64,000 nucleotides of DNA from NCBI GenBank assembly GCA_020848735.1, contig JADLHO010000163.1:3313-67312 (forward strand), read 5' to 3'. Position numbers and translations under genes: made by a program. Source of the DNA: Planctomycetota bacterium. GTDB taxonomy: Bacteria > Planctomycetota > UBA1135 > UBA2386. This document shows positions 45,757 through 56,000 of this stretch, in pieces (positions within the stretch are counted from its first letter, which is position 1; every line of letters starts with the position of its first letter). The notes beneath the pieces are model-generated. The model made no database searches and was not told the origin of the DNA. It saw only the letters and a program-made list of their open reading frames with translations.

Positions 45757-47102
45757 ACCGTACCCTCGCCTCCTCGTGCGCGTTCGCCGCGCTCTTCACC
45801 GTCGTCCTCGCCGCGCAGAAGCCGGCGGAGGACACGCTCGCCGAGTCCCGCATCCGCGAGGTGCTCGGCTTCCTCGCGAGCGACGAGCTCGCCGGTCGCG
45901 ACTCACCCAGTCCCGGACAGGACCGCGCGGCGGAGTTCCTCGCGGCCGCGTTCGCGCGGGCGAAGCTCGAGCCGAGAGGACATCTCGCGGGCCAGGAGCC
46001 GAGCTTCTTCCACGCGTTCACGCTGCCGGGCGTCCAGCTCTCGACGAAGGGCGCGAAGCTGACCCTGCGCCGCGGGGACGAGGCGCAGGAGCTCGTGCAC
46101 GGCGAGGACTGGCGGCTGTGGGAGAACGGCCGCGCGTTCACGGTGCGCGGCGAGGCCCTGGCCCTGCCCGCCGCGGGCGGCGACCCGCGCGCCGCGCGTC
46201 GCGCGATGAGCGGGCGCAAGCTGCGCGTCGTGCCGGTGGAGACGACGGCGCCCGTGTGGCTCGCGGCCGCGGGCGAGCGACGCGTCGTGTCGCAGCGCGT
46301 CGCCGGCGCCGCGCCGCTGATCCTGCTGCGCGCGGAGCTCGCGACCGGCGAGGGCGCGACGCTCGACGCCACCTTGCCGGCGCCCGAGGCGATGGACGTG
46401 CCGCTGCGCAACGTCGTCGCCCTCCTGCCCGGTGGCGATCTCGCCGACGAGATCGTCGTGGTCTGCGCGCATTACGACCACATCGGCGTGTCCCCGGTGG
46501 CGGGCGAGGTCGATGCGATCAACAACGGTGCGGATGACGACGCGACCGGCACGACGGCGGTGCTCGTGCTCGCCGAGCACTTCGCCCGGCGCGCGACGCC
46601 CCTGCGACGCTCCGTGTTGTTCGCCTGCTGGAGCGCGGAGGAGAAGGGCCTGCGCGGCAGCCGCGCGTTCACCGAGCAGCCGAGCGTGCCGCTCGGGTCC
46701 ATCGTCGCGGTGGTGAACCTCGAGATGCTCGGCCGCCCCGAGCGCGAGTCCGCGCCCTTCGCGTGGATCACCGGTGCGGCGTACTCGGACTTCGGTGCGA
46801 TCGCCGAGGCCGCGCTGGTCGAGCGCGGCGTCGCGGTCGAGCCGTTCGCGATGGCGACGCAGCTCTTCGCCGCGAGCGACAACCTGCCCTTCGCGCAGAA
46901 AGGCGTCGTCGCGCACTCGATCAGCGCCGGCACGCTCCATGCGGACTACCACCAGCCGGGTGACGGTCCCGAGCGCATCGCCTATGCGCACATGACGGCG
47001 GTGGTGCGAGGTCTCGCGGGCGTCGTCGAGGCCTTCGCGACGCGCGACGGGAAGCCGGAGTGGAACGAGGAGGGCAAGCGCGCCCTCGCCCGGCGACGTT
47101 GA
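45753..47102 (+). CDS. M28-family zinc aminopeptidase (secreted)
   Basis: The start overlaps the upstream stop (ATGA), and a signal peptide is present. The metal-ligand blocks are VVCAHYDHIG, NNGADDDATGTTAVL, CWSAEEKGLRGS and ADYHQPGD. Confidence 0.88.
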   Translation: MNRTLASSCAFAALFTVVLAAQKPAEDTLAESRIREVLGFLASDELAGRDSPSPGQDRAAEFLAAAFARAKLEPRGHLAGQEPSFFHAFTLPGVQLSTKGAKLTLRRGDEAQELVHGEDWRLWENGRAFTVRGEALALPAAGGDPRAARRAMSGRKLRVVPVETTAPVWLAAAGERRVVSQRVAGAAPLILLRAELATGEGATLDATLPAPEAMDVPLRNVVALLPGGDLADEIVVVCAHYDHIGVSPVAGEVDAINNGADDDATGTTAVLVLAEHFARRATPLRRSVLFACWSAEEKGLRGSRAFTEQPSVPLGSIVAVVNLEMLGRPERESAPFAWITGAAYSDFGAIAEAALVERGVAVEPFAMATQLFAASDNLPFAQKGVVAHSISAGTLHADYHQPGDGPERIAYAHMTAVVRGLAGVVEAFATRDGKPEWNEEGKRALARRR

Positions 47103-47112
47103 TCGCCGCGGG

Positions 47113-50049
47113 TCAACGCGCGGCGAGCGCGGAGCGCAGGCGGATCCGCGCGCTCGAGCGCGGCTCGTCGCCCACGGTGAGCTCGACGTCGGCGGCGAGG
47201 CCGTCGTCGGTCGTCGCGATCACGCGCACGACGCCGCGCGCCAGTGCGGCGTTCGCGTGCCAGCGGCCGAGGTCGCCCTGGGCGCTGAACTGGTGCAGGA
47301 GCTCGCCGTCGAGGCTGCGGATCTCGCCGTGGAGGCGGCCCATCGGCGTCGCGTCGTTCGGATGCTCGAACACGAGCGTGAGTTCGCGGAGCGCGCCGTG
47401 CCGATCGTCGCCGCGTGGATCGCCGGGCGGCAGGCACAGCGTGCCGAGCTCGAGTCGTTCGCCGTGGGCGAGCCGGAACTCGTGCTGCGCGAGCGGCCGA
47501 TCGAGCAGGACGGCGTAGCGACCGGCGGGGAGGCGCTCGAGGGCGACCTCGAGCGTGCGGCGTCCGGCATCGAAGCTGCCGATCTCGATCCAATGGTCGA
47601 GATCGACGTGCCGGAGGCGCACGACCCCGCGGTACTCCCCACGCGAGGCATCGAGGCGCGCGGACAGGGCTCCCGTCGGCGCAGGATCGGCCTCGACGAC
47701 GAACCGGCGCTCCACGGCTCCCGGCCGCAGTCCGGCGAAGGTCGCGATCGGCATGCAGCGCGCCACGCCGAGTTCGTCGAACGCGGCCGCGGGATACACG
47801 CGCAGCGTGAACGAGTGTGAACTCGTGGGCTCGGGGACGTCGAACGCGAACGGCCCGCCCGCGAGACGCTGCGTGACGGGCGCGAGGTGATCGACCGACT
47901 CGAGGGCGAGGACGAACTCGCCGGCACCGGCGCCGACGACCCGCTCGCCGCGGCTCCGGATGTCCTCGCGCGAGAGCCGGGGTTCCCAGACGAGCGTCTG
48001 ACCCGGGACGGTCTCGAAGCTCGCGCGCGCGAGGCCATCGAGACCGAGTCCGGCCGTGAGGCGCACGGTGCCGGGGCCGATCCCTTCGAGCCGGAAGCGA
48101 CCCTCGTCGTCGGTGACCGCGGCGCTCCAGTCGAGATCCGCGTGGCTCCAGCCGCAGCTCACGCGGGTCTTGCCGATGCCGCGACCCTCGCGGTCGAGCA
48201 CGCGGCCGACGAGGGTCGCGCCGCGCGGGAGCGTGAGTTCGGTCGCGCTGGTCTCGCCGTTGTGCACGACGCAGTCGGTGCGCGCGAGACCGGTCCCGGG
48301 CGCGCGGGCCGACACGACACAGGGCCCCGCGGTGACGCCGTCGAGCTGCCAGCTCCCGTCGGCTGCGGCCGTGACCCGCGCGATCGAATCGCCGGCGGCG
48401 ACGTCGACGAGGCCATGGGCGATGCCGCGGCCGTCCTCGCCGCGCAGGACGCCGCGCACGTTGCCGGACGGCACGAGCTGCAGCGTGAGCTCGCCGGACG
48501 AGTCCACCAGCTTCGCCGCGGAGCTGTGCGACGCCGTGCGCGCCAGGATCCGCGCACCGCGGGGCACGAGCAGCGCGAAGCGTCCGGCGTCCGCGACCTC
48601 TGCGCGCGCGAGGATCGAGTTGTCGCGGTCGGAACTCACCCAGAGTTCGGCCGTGCGCGGCGCGCCGTGCTCGTCGAGCACCTGACCGCTGAGCCGCGCG
48701 GCGCGCGCCGAAAGGTCGAAGCTGACGAAGCCCTTCGTGTCCGGCTCGACGATCACGCCCCAGGCGAAGCCGGGCATGGTGATGACCCAGCGCCCCGGCC
48801 GTGGCAGGAAGCTCGCTCGTCCCTTCGCGTCGGTGCGCGCGGCGAGCGTCTCGCGCGTGCGCAGCGCGGGGAGCTCGAAGATCGGGTACGCCCCGAAGCG
48901 GTCCTTCACGTTGGTGACGAAGAGACCGCTGTGCACCCGCTCGATCGACACGTCGGTGTCGGTGAGCGGAGCGCCCTCGTGCTCGAGTGCGACGACGAGC
49001 TCGGGCCGCGTGGCGGGTTCGCTGGCCTCACTCCCGATCGGAGTGCGGAGTGGGAGGACCGCGGCGTCGCGCTCCGCCACCGGTGCCGGCGGGACCGCGG
49101 CGAGGACCGGTGCAGGCTCTGCGGGGGGCGCGCCGGGCTCGCGGCTCCAGGCGACGACGAGCGCGAGGCAGGGCAGCAGCGCGGCGGCGGCGAGCGCGAA
49201 CGGTCGCCACGCGGCGTGACGTGGGATCGCGGCCACCGGCCCACCGCGGAGCCCGATTCGCGGCGCGACTGCCGCGAAACCCGAGCCCGGCAGCAAGGCG
49301 ACGGCGAGTGCGGCGCCGACGCCGGCGGGGAGCGCGCGGCGCAACATCCGCAGCCCGCGGCTCAGCTGCACGCGCACGGTGCTCTCCGCGCGTCCGAGGG
49401 CGCGCGCGATCTCGGCCGAACCGTCGCCGCCGAGCACGCTGCGCGCGACGACCTCCCGATACGTGCGGGGCAGCCCGGCGATGCGCTCCTCGACTTCTCG
49501 CACGAGTTCCGCGGCGCTCACCGCGGCGATCGCATCCTCGGTCGTCGACTCGCCGCTCGCCACACGGGACTCGCGCGCGAGGCGGCGGCGCGCCGTGCGT
49601 CGCAGGTGCAGGGCGCGGTGGCGGACGATGCCGCAGAGCCAGGGCAGGACGCTGCGCGCACCGTCGAAGGACTCGGGTCGCAGCAGCGCGACCGCATAGG
49701 ACTCCTGCACGACCTCGTCGACGTCATTGGGATCGTCGAGGAGCGACGCGGCGACGAGCCGTAGCCGCCCGACGCTGCGCTGATACACCGTCGCCGCCGC
49801 GTCGACGGACCGCGTGCTGCGGTACTTCGCGAACGCGAGATCGATCTCGCGGTCCTGGTCGGCGTGCGTCGACTCGGCGGCGCTCTCGTTCGGGCGGCGC
49901 AGGTCGGGCGATCGCCGCGCGTCCTGACGTGCGGCGAAGCCGAGTCGCGCTCGCAACGCGAGCGGCTCTCCGGCCGACTCACCGCGCGGCGAGTCGGCGC
50001 TGCTCCAGCCCGCTCGCTCGGAACTCGCGTCGCGGAATCGGAAGTCCAT
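47113..50049 (-). CDS. Membrane-anchored ECF sigma-factor fusion: sigma-70 regions 2 and 4, TM segments, then a large extracytoplasmic domain of about 650 aa with carboxypeptidase-regulatory-like repeats
   Basis: Region 2-like sequence is DVDEVVQESYAVALLRPESFDG..LPWLCGIVRHRA. Region 4 HTH is LPRTYREVVARSVLGGDGSAEIARALGRAESTVRVQLSRGLRMLRR. Hydrophobic segments follow (GVGAALAVALLPGSGF, PFALAAAALLPCLALVVAW), then a Pro-rich linker. The rest has beta-sandwich-type repeats (GRVLDREGRGIGKTRVS...VTDDEGRFRLEGIGPGTVRL). The start is at Met 50049. The longer track ORF would overlap the next gene. Confidence 0.72.
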   Translation of the reverse strand: MDFRFRDASSERAGWSSADSPRGESAGEPLALRARLGFAARQDARRSPDLRRPNESAAESTHADQDREIDLAFAKYRSTRSVDAAATVYQRSVGRLRLVAASLLDDPNDVDEVVQESYAVALLRPESFDGARSVLPWLCGIVRHRALHLRRTARRRLARESRVASGESTTEDAIAAVSAAELVREVEERIAGLPRTYREVVARSVLGGDGSAEIARALGRAESTVRVQLSRGLRMLRRALPAGVGAALAVALLPGSGFAAVAPRIGLRGGPVAAIPRHAAWRPFALAAAALLPCLALVVAWSREPGAPPAEPAPVLAAVPPAPVAERDAAVLPLRTPIGSEASEPATRPELVVALEHEGAPLTDTDVSIERVHSGLFVTNVKDRFGAYPIFELPALRTRETLAARTDAKGRASFLPRPGRWVITMPGFAWGVIVEPDTKGFVSFDLSARAARLSGQVLDEHGAPRTAELWVSSDRDNSILARAEVADAGRFALLVPRGARILARTASHSSAAKLVDSSGELTLQLVPSGNVRGVLRGEDGRGIAHGLVDVAAGDSIARVTAAADGSWQLDGVTAGPCVVSARAPGTGLARTDCVVHNGETSATELTLPRGATLVGRVLDREGRGIGKTRVSCGWSHADLDWSAAVTDDEGRFRLEGIGPGTVRLTAGLGLDGLARASFETVPGQTLVWEPRLSREDIRSRGERVVGAGAGEFVLALESVDHLAPVTQRLAGGPFAFDVPEPTSSHSFTLRVYPAAAFDELGVARCMPIATFAGLRPGAVERRFVVEADPAPTGALSARLDASRGEYRGVVRLRHVDLDHWIEIGSFDAGRRTLEVALERLPAGRYAVLLDRPLAQHEFRLAHGERLELGTLCLPPGDPRGDDRHGALRELTLVFEHPNDATPMGRLHGEIRSLDGELLHQFSAQGDLGRWHANAALARGVVRVIATTDDGLAADVELTVGDEPRSSARIRLRSALAAR

Positions 50050-50228
50050 GGGCGTCGCGTCCTCGGAACCGGAGGCCGGCCGAAGCGCCGAACCTCGCCG
50101 CCGCGCCCGGCGCGCGGTGGCTTCAATGGAGGCGCGAGTCTGGGAGCGCCCCGGCCGGTCGTCAACCTCCAGGGGCGGCGTGGCGAGACCGCGTTGCCGG
50201 CACCGACTCGGCGCGACGTACGCCGCGC

Positions 50229-50510
50229 TCACTCGAGGTCGAAGGGACTCCGCGGCTTGTCCTTGTCCTGCTTGCTCTTCTCCTTCGCCTCGCGGACCAG
50301 ATCGTCGAGCTCGTTCTCGCGATCGCGCTCGGCGCCGCGCGCGCCGTCGAAGAGCTCCGTCAGGCGATCGGACTCGTTGCGTTGCTGATCGAGCAGGGCG
50401 TCGAGTCCGCCGTCCTTGGCCGTGTGGGCCCGGGCCTTGCCGGTCCGCGTGTCGATCTCGAGCGATCGACCGCAGCAGGGACAACGGACTTGGATCAGGT
50501 GTCGGGACAT
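50229..50510 (-). CDS. Small Cys-containing (zinc-ribbon-like) charged protein, unknown function
   Basis: MSRHLIQVRCPCCGRSLEID... is followed by a highly charged tail. This is the only coherent stretch of the 359-aa track ORF. The remainder is antisense to the ECF sigma gene. Confidence 0.4.
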   Translation of the reverse strand: MSRHLIQVRCPCCGRSLEIDTRTGKARAHTAKDGGLDALLDQQRNESDRLTELFDGARGAERDRENELDDLVREAKEKSKQDKDKPRSPFDLE

Positions 50511-50693
50511 CCTCGGTTCTCGGCCGGAGTATCGTGCGTGCGCGCGCCGTCCTGGCGCGTCGGCGCTATCTTCCCCGCCGCCCCGTGTCGCTGCGATGGC
50601 CGCTTCGGCTCGCCTCGCGGCAACGTCCAAACGACCGCAACGCCCGACGCCGCCGATCCCTTGGCCCTCGACGAGAGAGAGCAGCTCGCAGCG

Positions 50694-50718
50694 GGAACCG
50701 GCCCGCAACGTCTTCGTC
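50694..50718 (+). promoter_or_regulatory. ECF-type promoter candidate (GGAAC-N16-CGTC) upstream of the ECF sigma gene
   Basis: GGAAC lies at 50694-50698 and CGTC at 50715-50718, exactly 16 nt apart. The element ends 24 nt upstream of the proposed GTG start. This fits the autoregulated ECF promoter pattern. Confidence 0.4.
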
Positions 50719-50741
50719 GGAGGCCCGATCCGCTCGACGAC

Positions 50742-51356
50742 GTGCCCGCGGTCGCTTCCTCCGACAATCACGATCCTGCCGAGAGCTCGATCGTCGACGC
50801 TGCCCGAGGCGGGGACGGCGAGGCCTTCCGCACCCTGGTCGAGCGCTACCAGGACCACGTCTTCCGATTGGCGATGCGCGTGCTGAGATGCGACCGGAAC
50901 ACCGCGGAGGACCTCTGTCAGGAGGTCTTCATGCGGGCCTACCGCGGGCTCGCGCGCTTCGACGGCGGCGTGCGCTTCCCGGTCTGGCTCCACACGATCG
51001 CGCTCAACACCGTCATCACCGAGTACCGCAGCCGCCGGACGATCAAGCGCGGCCGCCACCACGCGCTCTCCATCGACGCGCCGCTCGCCGGCACCGAGGA
51101 CCTCTTCATCCAGCCGCCCTCCCGCGAACCCGATCCCGCGGATCGCGCCGGCCAGGTGGAGTTCGGCGCCGCGGTGCGCGAGGCCGTCACCCGCCTCCCC
51201 GACGAGTTCCGCGACGCGGTGATCCTCCGGGACATGCAGGGGATGTCGTACGAGGAGGTCGCGGAGATCCTCGGGGTCCCGCCGGGCACGGTCCGGTCGC
51301 GCATCCACCGCGGCCGATTGATCCTGCAGGATCTCCTGAAGGGGTTCATGTCATGA
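50742..51356 (+). CDS. ECF-family RNA polymerase sigma factor
   Basis: GDGEAFRTLVERYQDHVFRLAMRVL (region 2) and DMQGMSYEEVAEILGVPPGTVRSRIHRGR (region 4 HTH) are present. The start is uncertain: GTG 50742 is preferred and TTG 50661 is an alternative. Confidence 0.86.
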   Translation: MPAVASSDNHDPAESSIVDAARGGDGEAFRTLVERYQDHVFRLAMRVLRCDRNTAEDLCQEVFMRAYRGLARFDGGVRFPVWLHTIALNTVITEYRSRRTIKRGRHHALSIDAPLAGTEDLFIQPPSREPDPADRAGQVEFGAAVREAVTRLPDEFRDAVILRDMQGMSYEEVAEILGVPPGTVRSRIHRGRLILQDLLKGFMS

Positions 51357-53014
51357 GCCGTCGCGGCAACGACTCTCCGTTCGACTCCGACCGGCGCCCG
51401 GGTGCCGCCGATGAGCGCATCGCCGACTGGGTCGACGGGCGGCTCGACGCGATCCAGCTCCAGCGTTTTGAAGCCGAGCTGCGCGTGAACCCCGCGTTGC
51501 GTGCGGCGGCCGAGGAATACCGGCGCTCGGTGCAGGCGATCCGCGAGGCCCTGGCCGGCGGCGAGCGCGTCCGCGCGGGCTTCGCCGACCGCGTCATGAC
51601 GGCGATCGAGGGCGAGCGCCGTCAGCGCGGACGTCGCTGGATCCCCTGGCTCGGCAGCGCGGCGGCGGCCGCCGCACTGGTCGGACTCTGGCTGGCCCTC
51701 TCGCGCGGCGTGATCCTCCCGGACTCGCGGCGCGAGCTCGCGCGCGCGCCGTCGGCCAGTCCGAGTGCCGACGGCGCGCCCGCTCTGCGCGAAGCGCCGG
51801 CAGAGCGGCTGGATGAAGGCGCCGGCGCGCCGACGGGAGGTGGTCTCGAGATCCTGCCGGAGATCTTCCAGCGGGAACTGACCGAGCGCGGCCTGGGCGC
51901 GGGTCTGGATTCCGGGTCGGCCGCGCGCGACGGCGAGACCGGGGCCGAGACCTCCGACGCCGAAGACGAGCGCAAGGGCGAGCGCGCGGAACGCGCGTCC
52001 CTCGGCGGCGAGCCGCGCGCGCGCTCCGTCGTGCCCAAGCCCGAGGAATCCGTGGAGGAATCGCGAACGGCCCCCGGCTCGCCGGCCTCGGACCCGCAGC
52101 GCGGATTCCGCGATGAATCCGCCGGCGAGAACCAGGACGAGCGCCGCCAGGCCGAGTCTCCGGCTCCGAGTTCGGCGGCCGCGCTCGATGCCGGGCAGCT
52201 CGTCTATCTCGTCGAGATCCCCGCGGACGCGCTGGATCGCCTGCACCGCCCGGGGGCCGACGCGACGCCGACCTTCGGAAGAATCGAGGAGCGCGAACCC
52301 GCCGGCGAGCTGCCCGGCGCGGCCGCGACCCAGATTCTCGCGACCACCCAGGCGCTCGCGGCGTACCGGCTCGCGATCGAGCCCTTGCAGGCGCCAGGGA
52401 CCTGGACCGGGAACGTGACCACGCCCCGGCTCTTCGCGCTCGACCTGACGCAGGAGGCGGCCGAGACCAAGGCCGCGCAGGCGAAGGACTCCGGGCGCTA
52501 CTCCTTCATGCCGGGTGACCTGGTCTTCGAGATCGACGGCGACGAGGCGCAGGTTCAGGACTACCTGCGTCACCTGGCGAAGCCGCTGCGCGACGTCGCC
52601 GGCAGCATCGCGGTGCAGCGCGCGGTCGATCTCGTCGCCCGCGAGCGCATCGCGGTGCCGACCGATCCCGCGCAGCAGTCCGCAGCCGATGAGCTGTTCC
52701 TGGGCTTCTTCACGCGGACGGCTTTCGTCGAGGAGTCGCTCTCCGAAGCGGCGCGGCGCGGCGCGGATCGCGACCAGTTGCCGGCGGCGCGAACGGGACG
52801 CGGTGCCACGCCGAAGGCCGCCGGCACGGGGCCGAGTTCGCCGGGGCCGAGTTCGCCCGGTCCCGGCGGCCCGGCGACTCCGCCTCCCGAACCGGTCGCT
52901 CCGTCGACCGCCGTGCAGCCCACCGGTGGCGCCCGGGCCCAGAACTCCTGGGTCGTGCTCCGCGCGAAGCCGAGCGCTCCGGAGAGCGAGGCCGGGCCAG
53001 CGCAGCGGCGTTGA
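51353..53014 (+). CDS. Putative anti-sigma factor (single TM, long Pro/Ala/Glu-rich extracytoplasmic region)
   Basis: The ATGA overlap with the sigma gene suggests coupling. The N-terminal helical anti-sigma-like segment is IADWVDGRLDAIQLQRFEAELRVNPALRAAAEEYRRS. The TM segment is WLGSAAAAAALVGLWLAL. The H-x3-C-x2-C zinc motif is absent. Confidence 0.6.
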   Translation: MSRRGNDSPFDSDRRPGAADERIADWVDGRLDAIQLQRFEAELRVNPALRAAAEEYRRSVQAIREALAGGERVRAGFADRVMTAIEGERRQRGRRWIPWLGSAAAAAALVGLWLALSRGVILPDSRRELARAPSASPSADGAPALREAPAERLDEGAGAPTGGGLEILPEIFQRELTERGLGAGLDSGSAARDGETGAETSDAEDERKGERAERASLGGEPRARSVVPKPEESVEESRTAPGSPASDPQRGFRDESAGENQDERRQAESPAPSSAAALDAGQLVYLVEIPADALDRLHRPGADATPTFGRIEEREPAGELPGAAATQILATTQALAAYRLAIEPLQAPGTWTGNVTTPRLFALDLTQEAAETKAAQAKDSGRYSFMPGDLVFEIDGDEAQVQDYLRHLAKPLRDVAGSIAVQRAVDLVARERIAVPTDPAQQSAADELFLGFFTRTAFVEESLSEAARRGADRDQLPAARTGRGATPKAAGTGPSSPGPSSPGPGGPATPPPEPVAPSTAVQPTGGARAQNSWVVLRAKPSAPESEAGPAQRR

Positions 53015-53032
53015 GGTGGCGCTGCGGCGCGA

Positions 53033-56000
53033 TCAGCGCAGCGGCAGGCCGTCGGGGCGGGCGAGGCGCAGGAAGATCACGCGTTCGACGCCGGGTGAGG
53101 CCTCGAGCTCGACGACGAGCTGCTGCACGCCCTCGGCCAGTCGGAACAGCGCCGCCTCGCGGTCGGGAGCCGCCGGTGCACGTCCCTTGCCCGAGCAGAA
53201 CACGTGCTCGTTGGCGCGCACCGCGAAGCCGACGGAGGAGCCGACGCGGAGCGCGGTCTCGCGATTGGCGGGCAGGTTCAGCGGCACGTGCAGGGTGATC
53301 GCCGTGTCGCCCGCCGGCACGACCAAGGCGCCGTCGTCGCGTGCGCGGAGGACCGTCTCCCCGATCCGCGCCTCGCGGACGAAGCCGGGCTCGTCGACGA
53401 TCCCGCCCGCGCGGCGATAGCGCTCGAGGAGCTCGGACCAGGCCGGGCTCGACCAGAGGCGATCGTTCCACTGCGCGGGGGGCGGGGCGCTGTGGCGCCA
53501 GTCGATCAGCAGATGTGCATGCCGCGGCTTCTCGCCGTCGAGCAGGAGTGCCGCCATCTCCTCGAGGGTGCGCGGCGAACCGGTGTCGAGCAGCGTCACC
53601 TTCGGGCCGCGCACGGCGTTGGCGAAGGTGTTGCGGCAACTCAAGGCGAGGGTGTCGGCGCCGGTGGCCGAGTCGGGGGGCGGAAGCGGCAGGGCTGCGC
53701 CACGGCCCTGGCGTGCGCCGAGGAAGACGAGCGAATCGGCCTTGCTGAACTCCATCTCCTCGATGCGCCGGAAGTCGTGGTCCTCGGGCTTCTCGGGCGC
53801 GCCCGGCTTCAGGAAGCGCACGAACATCGTGCCCATCGCGTCGATGTCGGCGTGATAGAAGCCCTCGCGCGGGGTACCCGCGATCAGTTCGACGACGAAG
53901 CGCAGCCGCTCGTACTCGAGCTCGGGATCGCGTCGACGATCGGCCGAGGCCTCGTCGTTCGCCTTGCGCTCGTCCTCGGTCATCTTCGAACGCGAACGCC
54001 GGAAGAAGATGTCGAGGGTGCGGCCGTCCTTCTGCGCGTTGCGCAGCGAGACGAAGTCCGCACCGTGTGGCAGGCGCAGCTCGAGGCGGATGTCGTCATC
54101 GTCCCAGTTGGGCACGATGACGTGGCGGATGCCGGTCAGCGCGAAGAGCAAGGCGTCGAGGTTGACGCCGCTCGTGCCGGGATCGGCGAGCACCGGCCGC
54201 GAGGGGCCGTCGCCGTCGCGGTCGAGCGGTCGCCCGGCCCCGTCGACCCAGTCGGCCCAGGAGCCCGCGGGTTCCGCCTGCGCGATCAGCTCGTCGACGA
54301 CCTCGAGACGCCGCGCGTCGTCGCGCTCGCTCAGCGCGACGAGGAGCATGCCGATCAGGTCGCCGCTCGCGATCGGCACGGTGCGCGTCGTGCCGACGCG
54401 GACGCCGTCCTGCCACAGCGTCTCGAGCGTGCTGCGCAGGTTGTCGCGGCTGCGCTCGCCGGTGGGAAAGGTCCAGCCGATCCAGAGCGGCAGGAGGTTC
54501 GCGTTCGCGAGCGCCTCGCGCACCGGCTTGCCATCGACCGGCGACACCGCCGGTGCGAAGCGCGCGAGGTCGGCGATCCAGAAGCGCTTCTCGATGTCCT
54601 GCATCAACGCGATCGACCGCTTGAGCAGGGCGTGACTCGGTGCGTCGCTCGGCTTGCCCGCCTGCCATTGCGCGGCACGCGCCCGCTGGTCGCGTGCGTC
54701 GGCGAGTTCGCCGTAGGCCTGCACCGAGATCATGAAGAGCACGCCGCTCGCGAAGGACCAGCTCGCGTGGTCCATCGCGCTCGATTCGCCGAAGAGCCGC
54801 GGGTCATCGCCGAGCACCGCACTCGCGTGCGCGTGGAGCTGGGCGGGTGACCAGGGCTCGTTGCCGCTGAACGGCATCAGCGAGTCCTCGCTGCGCACCG
54901 GCCGCTTGAGGCAGGCGTCGATCATCAGCCAGTGCTCGTCGATCGGCCCGAGGTCGCGCGTGGCGCGCCAGTACCAGAAGTGCTGCAGCAGCACGAGCGA
55001 GGGCAGCTCGGCGGGCGGCATCGGCACCGTGCGCCAGAACTCGGCGGAGTTCACCGCGGGCGCGTCGGCGCGCGCCTGGTCGAAGCGGAGCGGCAGCTCC
55101 TCGGTCAGGCGGCCCGACGCCCGCACCGCGTTCCAGGTCAGGTCGAGCAGCGCCTTGGCCTCGGCGTGCAGGCCGAGGCGCAACAGCGCGGGCAGGGCAC
55201 CGGTCTGCGTCCGCAGCGAGTACACGCGTCGGCCGAGCATCGGCAGGATCGCACCGCTGTGCGCACAGCGCTGCGTGAGGAGCGCGAGCCGCGCTTCCCG
55301 CACGAGATCGACGAAACGCACGAGGTCGGATTCGAGGGAGGGGGTCCGAGCGAGGGTGCGCTGCCACTGCGCGGCCATGGCCTCGAACGCGGTGCGTGCG
55401 TCGTCGAGCGACGGGGACGCGGCCGCGGGTGGATCACCGGCGGCGCTGCTCAGGGCGAGGACGCCGCGCCAGGCGCGGTTGCCGTCGAGCGCGAGCTCCA
55501 ACGCGCCGTCGCGGGCCACCGCGCCGGCGAGCTGAAGGCGGAGCCGAGCGTCACCCGCGGCGTCGAGCAGGAGGCTGTCGCCCTCGCTGCGCGCGGCGCG
55601 CGCGGTGCGCACGCGCAGGCGGAGGCCCGTGCGTCCGTCGCCGTCGACCGCGAGCGCGGCGAGCAGCCGCGTGCCCTCGGCCTCGGTGAAGGCGAGCATC
55701 CGCAGCGCAACGCCGGCGCTCTGGTCCTCGGCCGCCACCGCGGCGAGGTCCCGCACGCGCGCCACGCGGCGGGACTCGAGCGGCAGCGCGCGCCCATCGG
55801 GCGCGACGAGTTCGACGGTCACGGCGCCGAAGGCGCCCTCACCGAGCGCCGCGGTGTCGCCGGCGTCGTAGCGCGGTCCGCTGAGCGCGCTGAGCTCGCA
55901 GGCGCGTGAGCCGAGACCGAGCGCCGCGAAGACGCGACCGTTGCCGATCGGCAGCGCGCCGCGCGCCTCGCCGTCGATCCGCCAGCTCGAGAGCTCGGCC

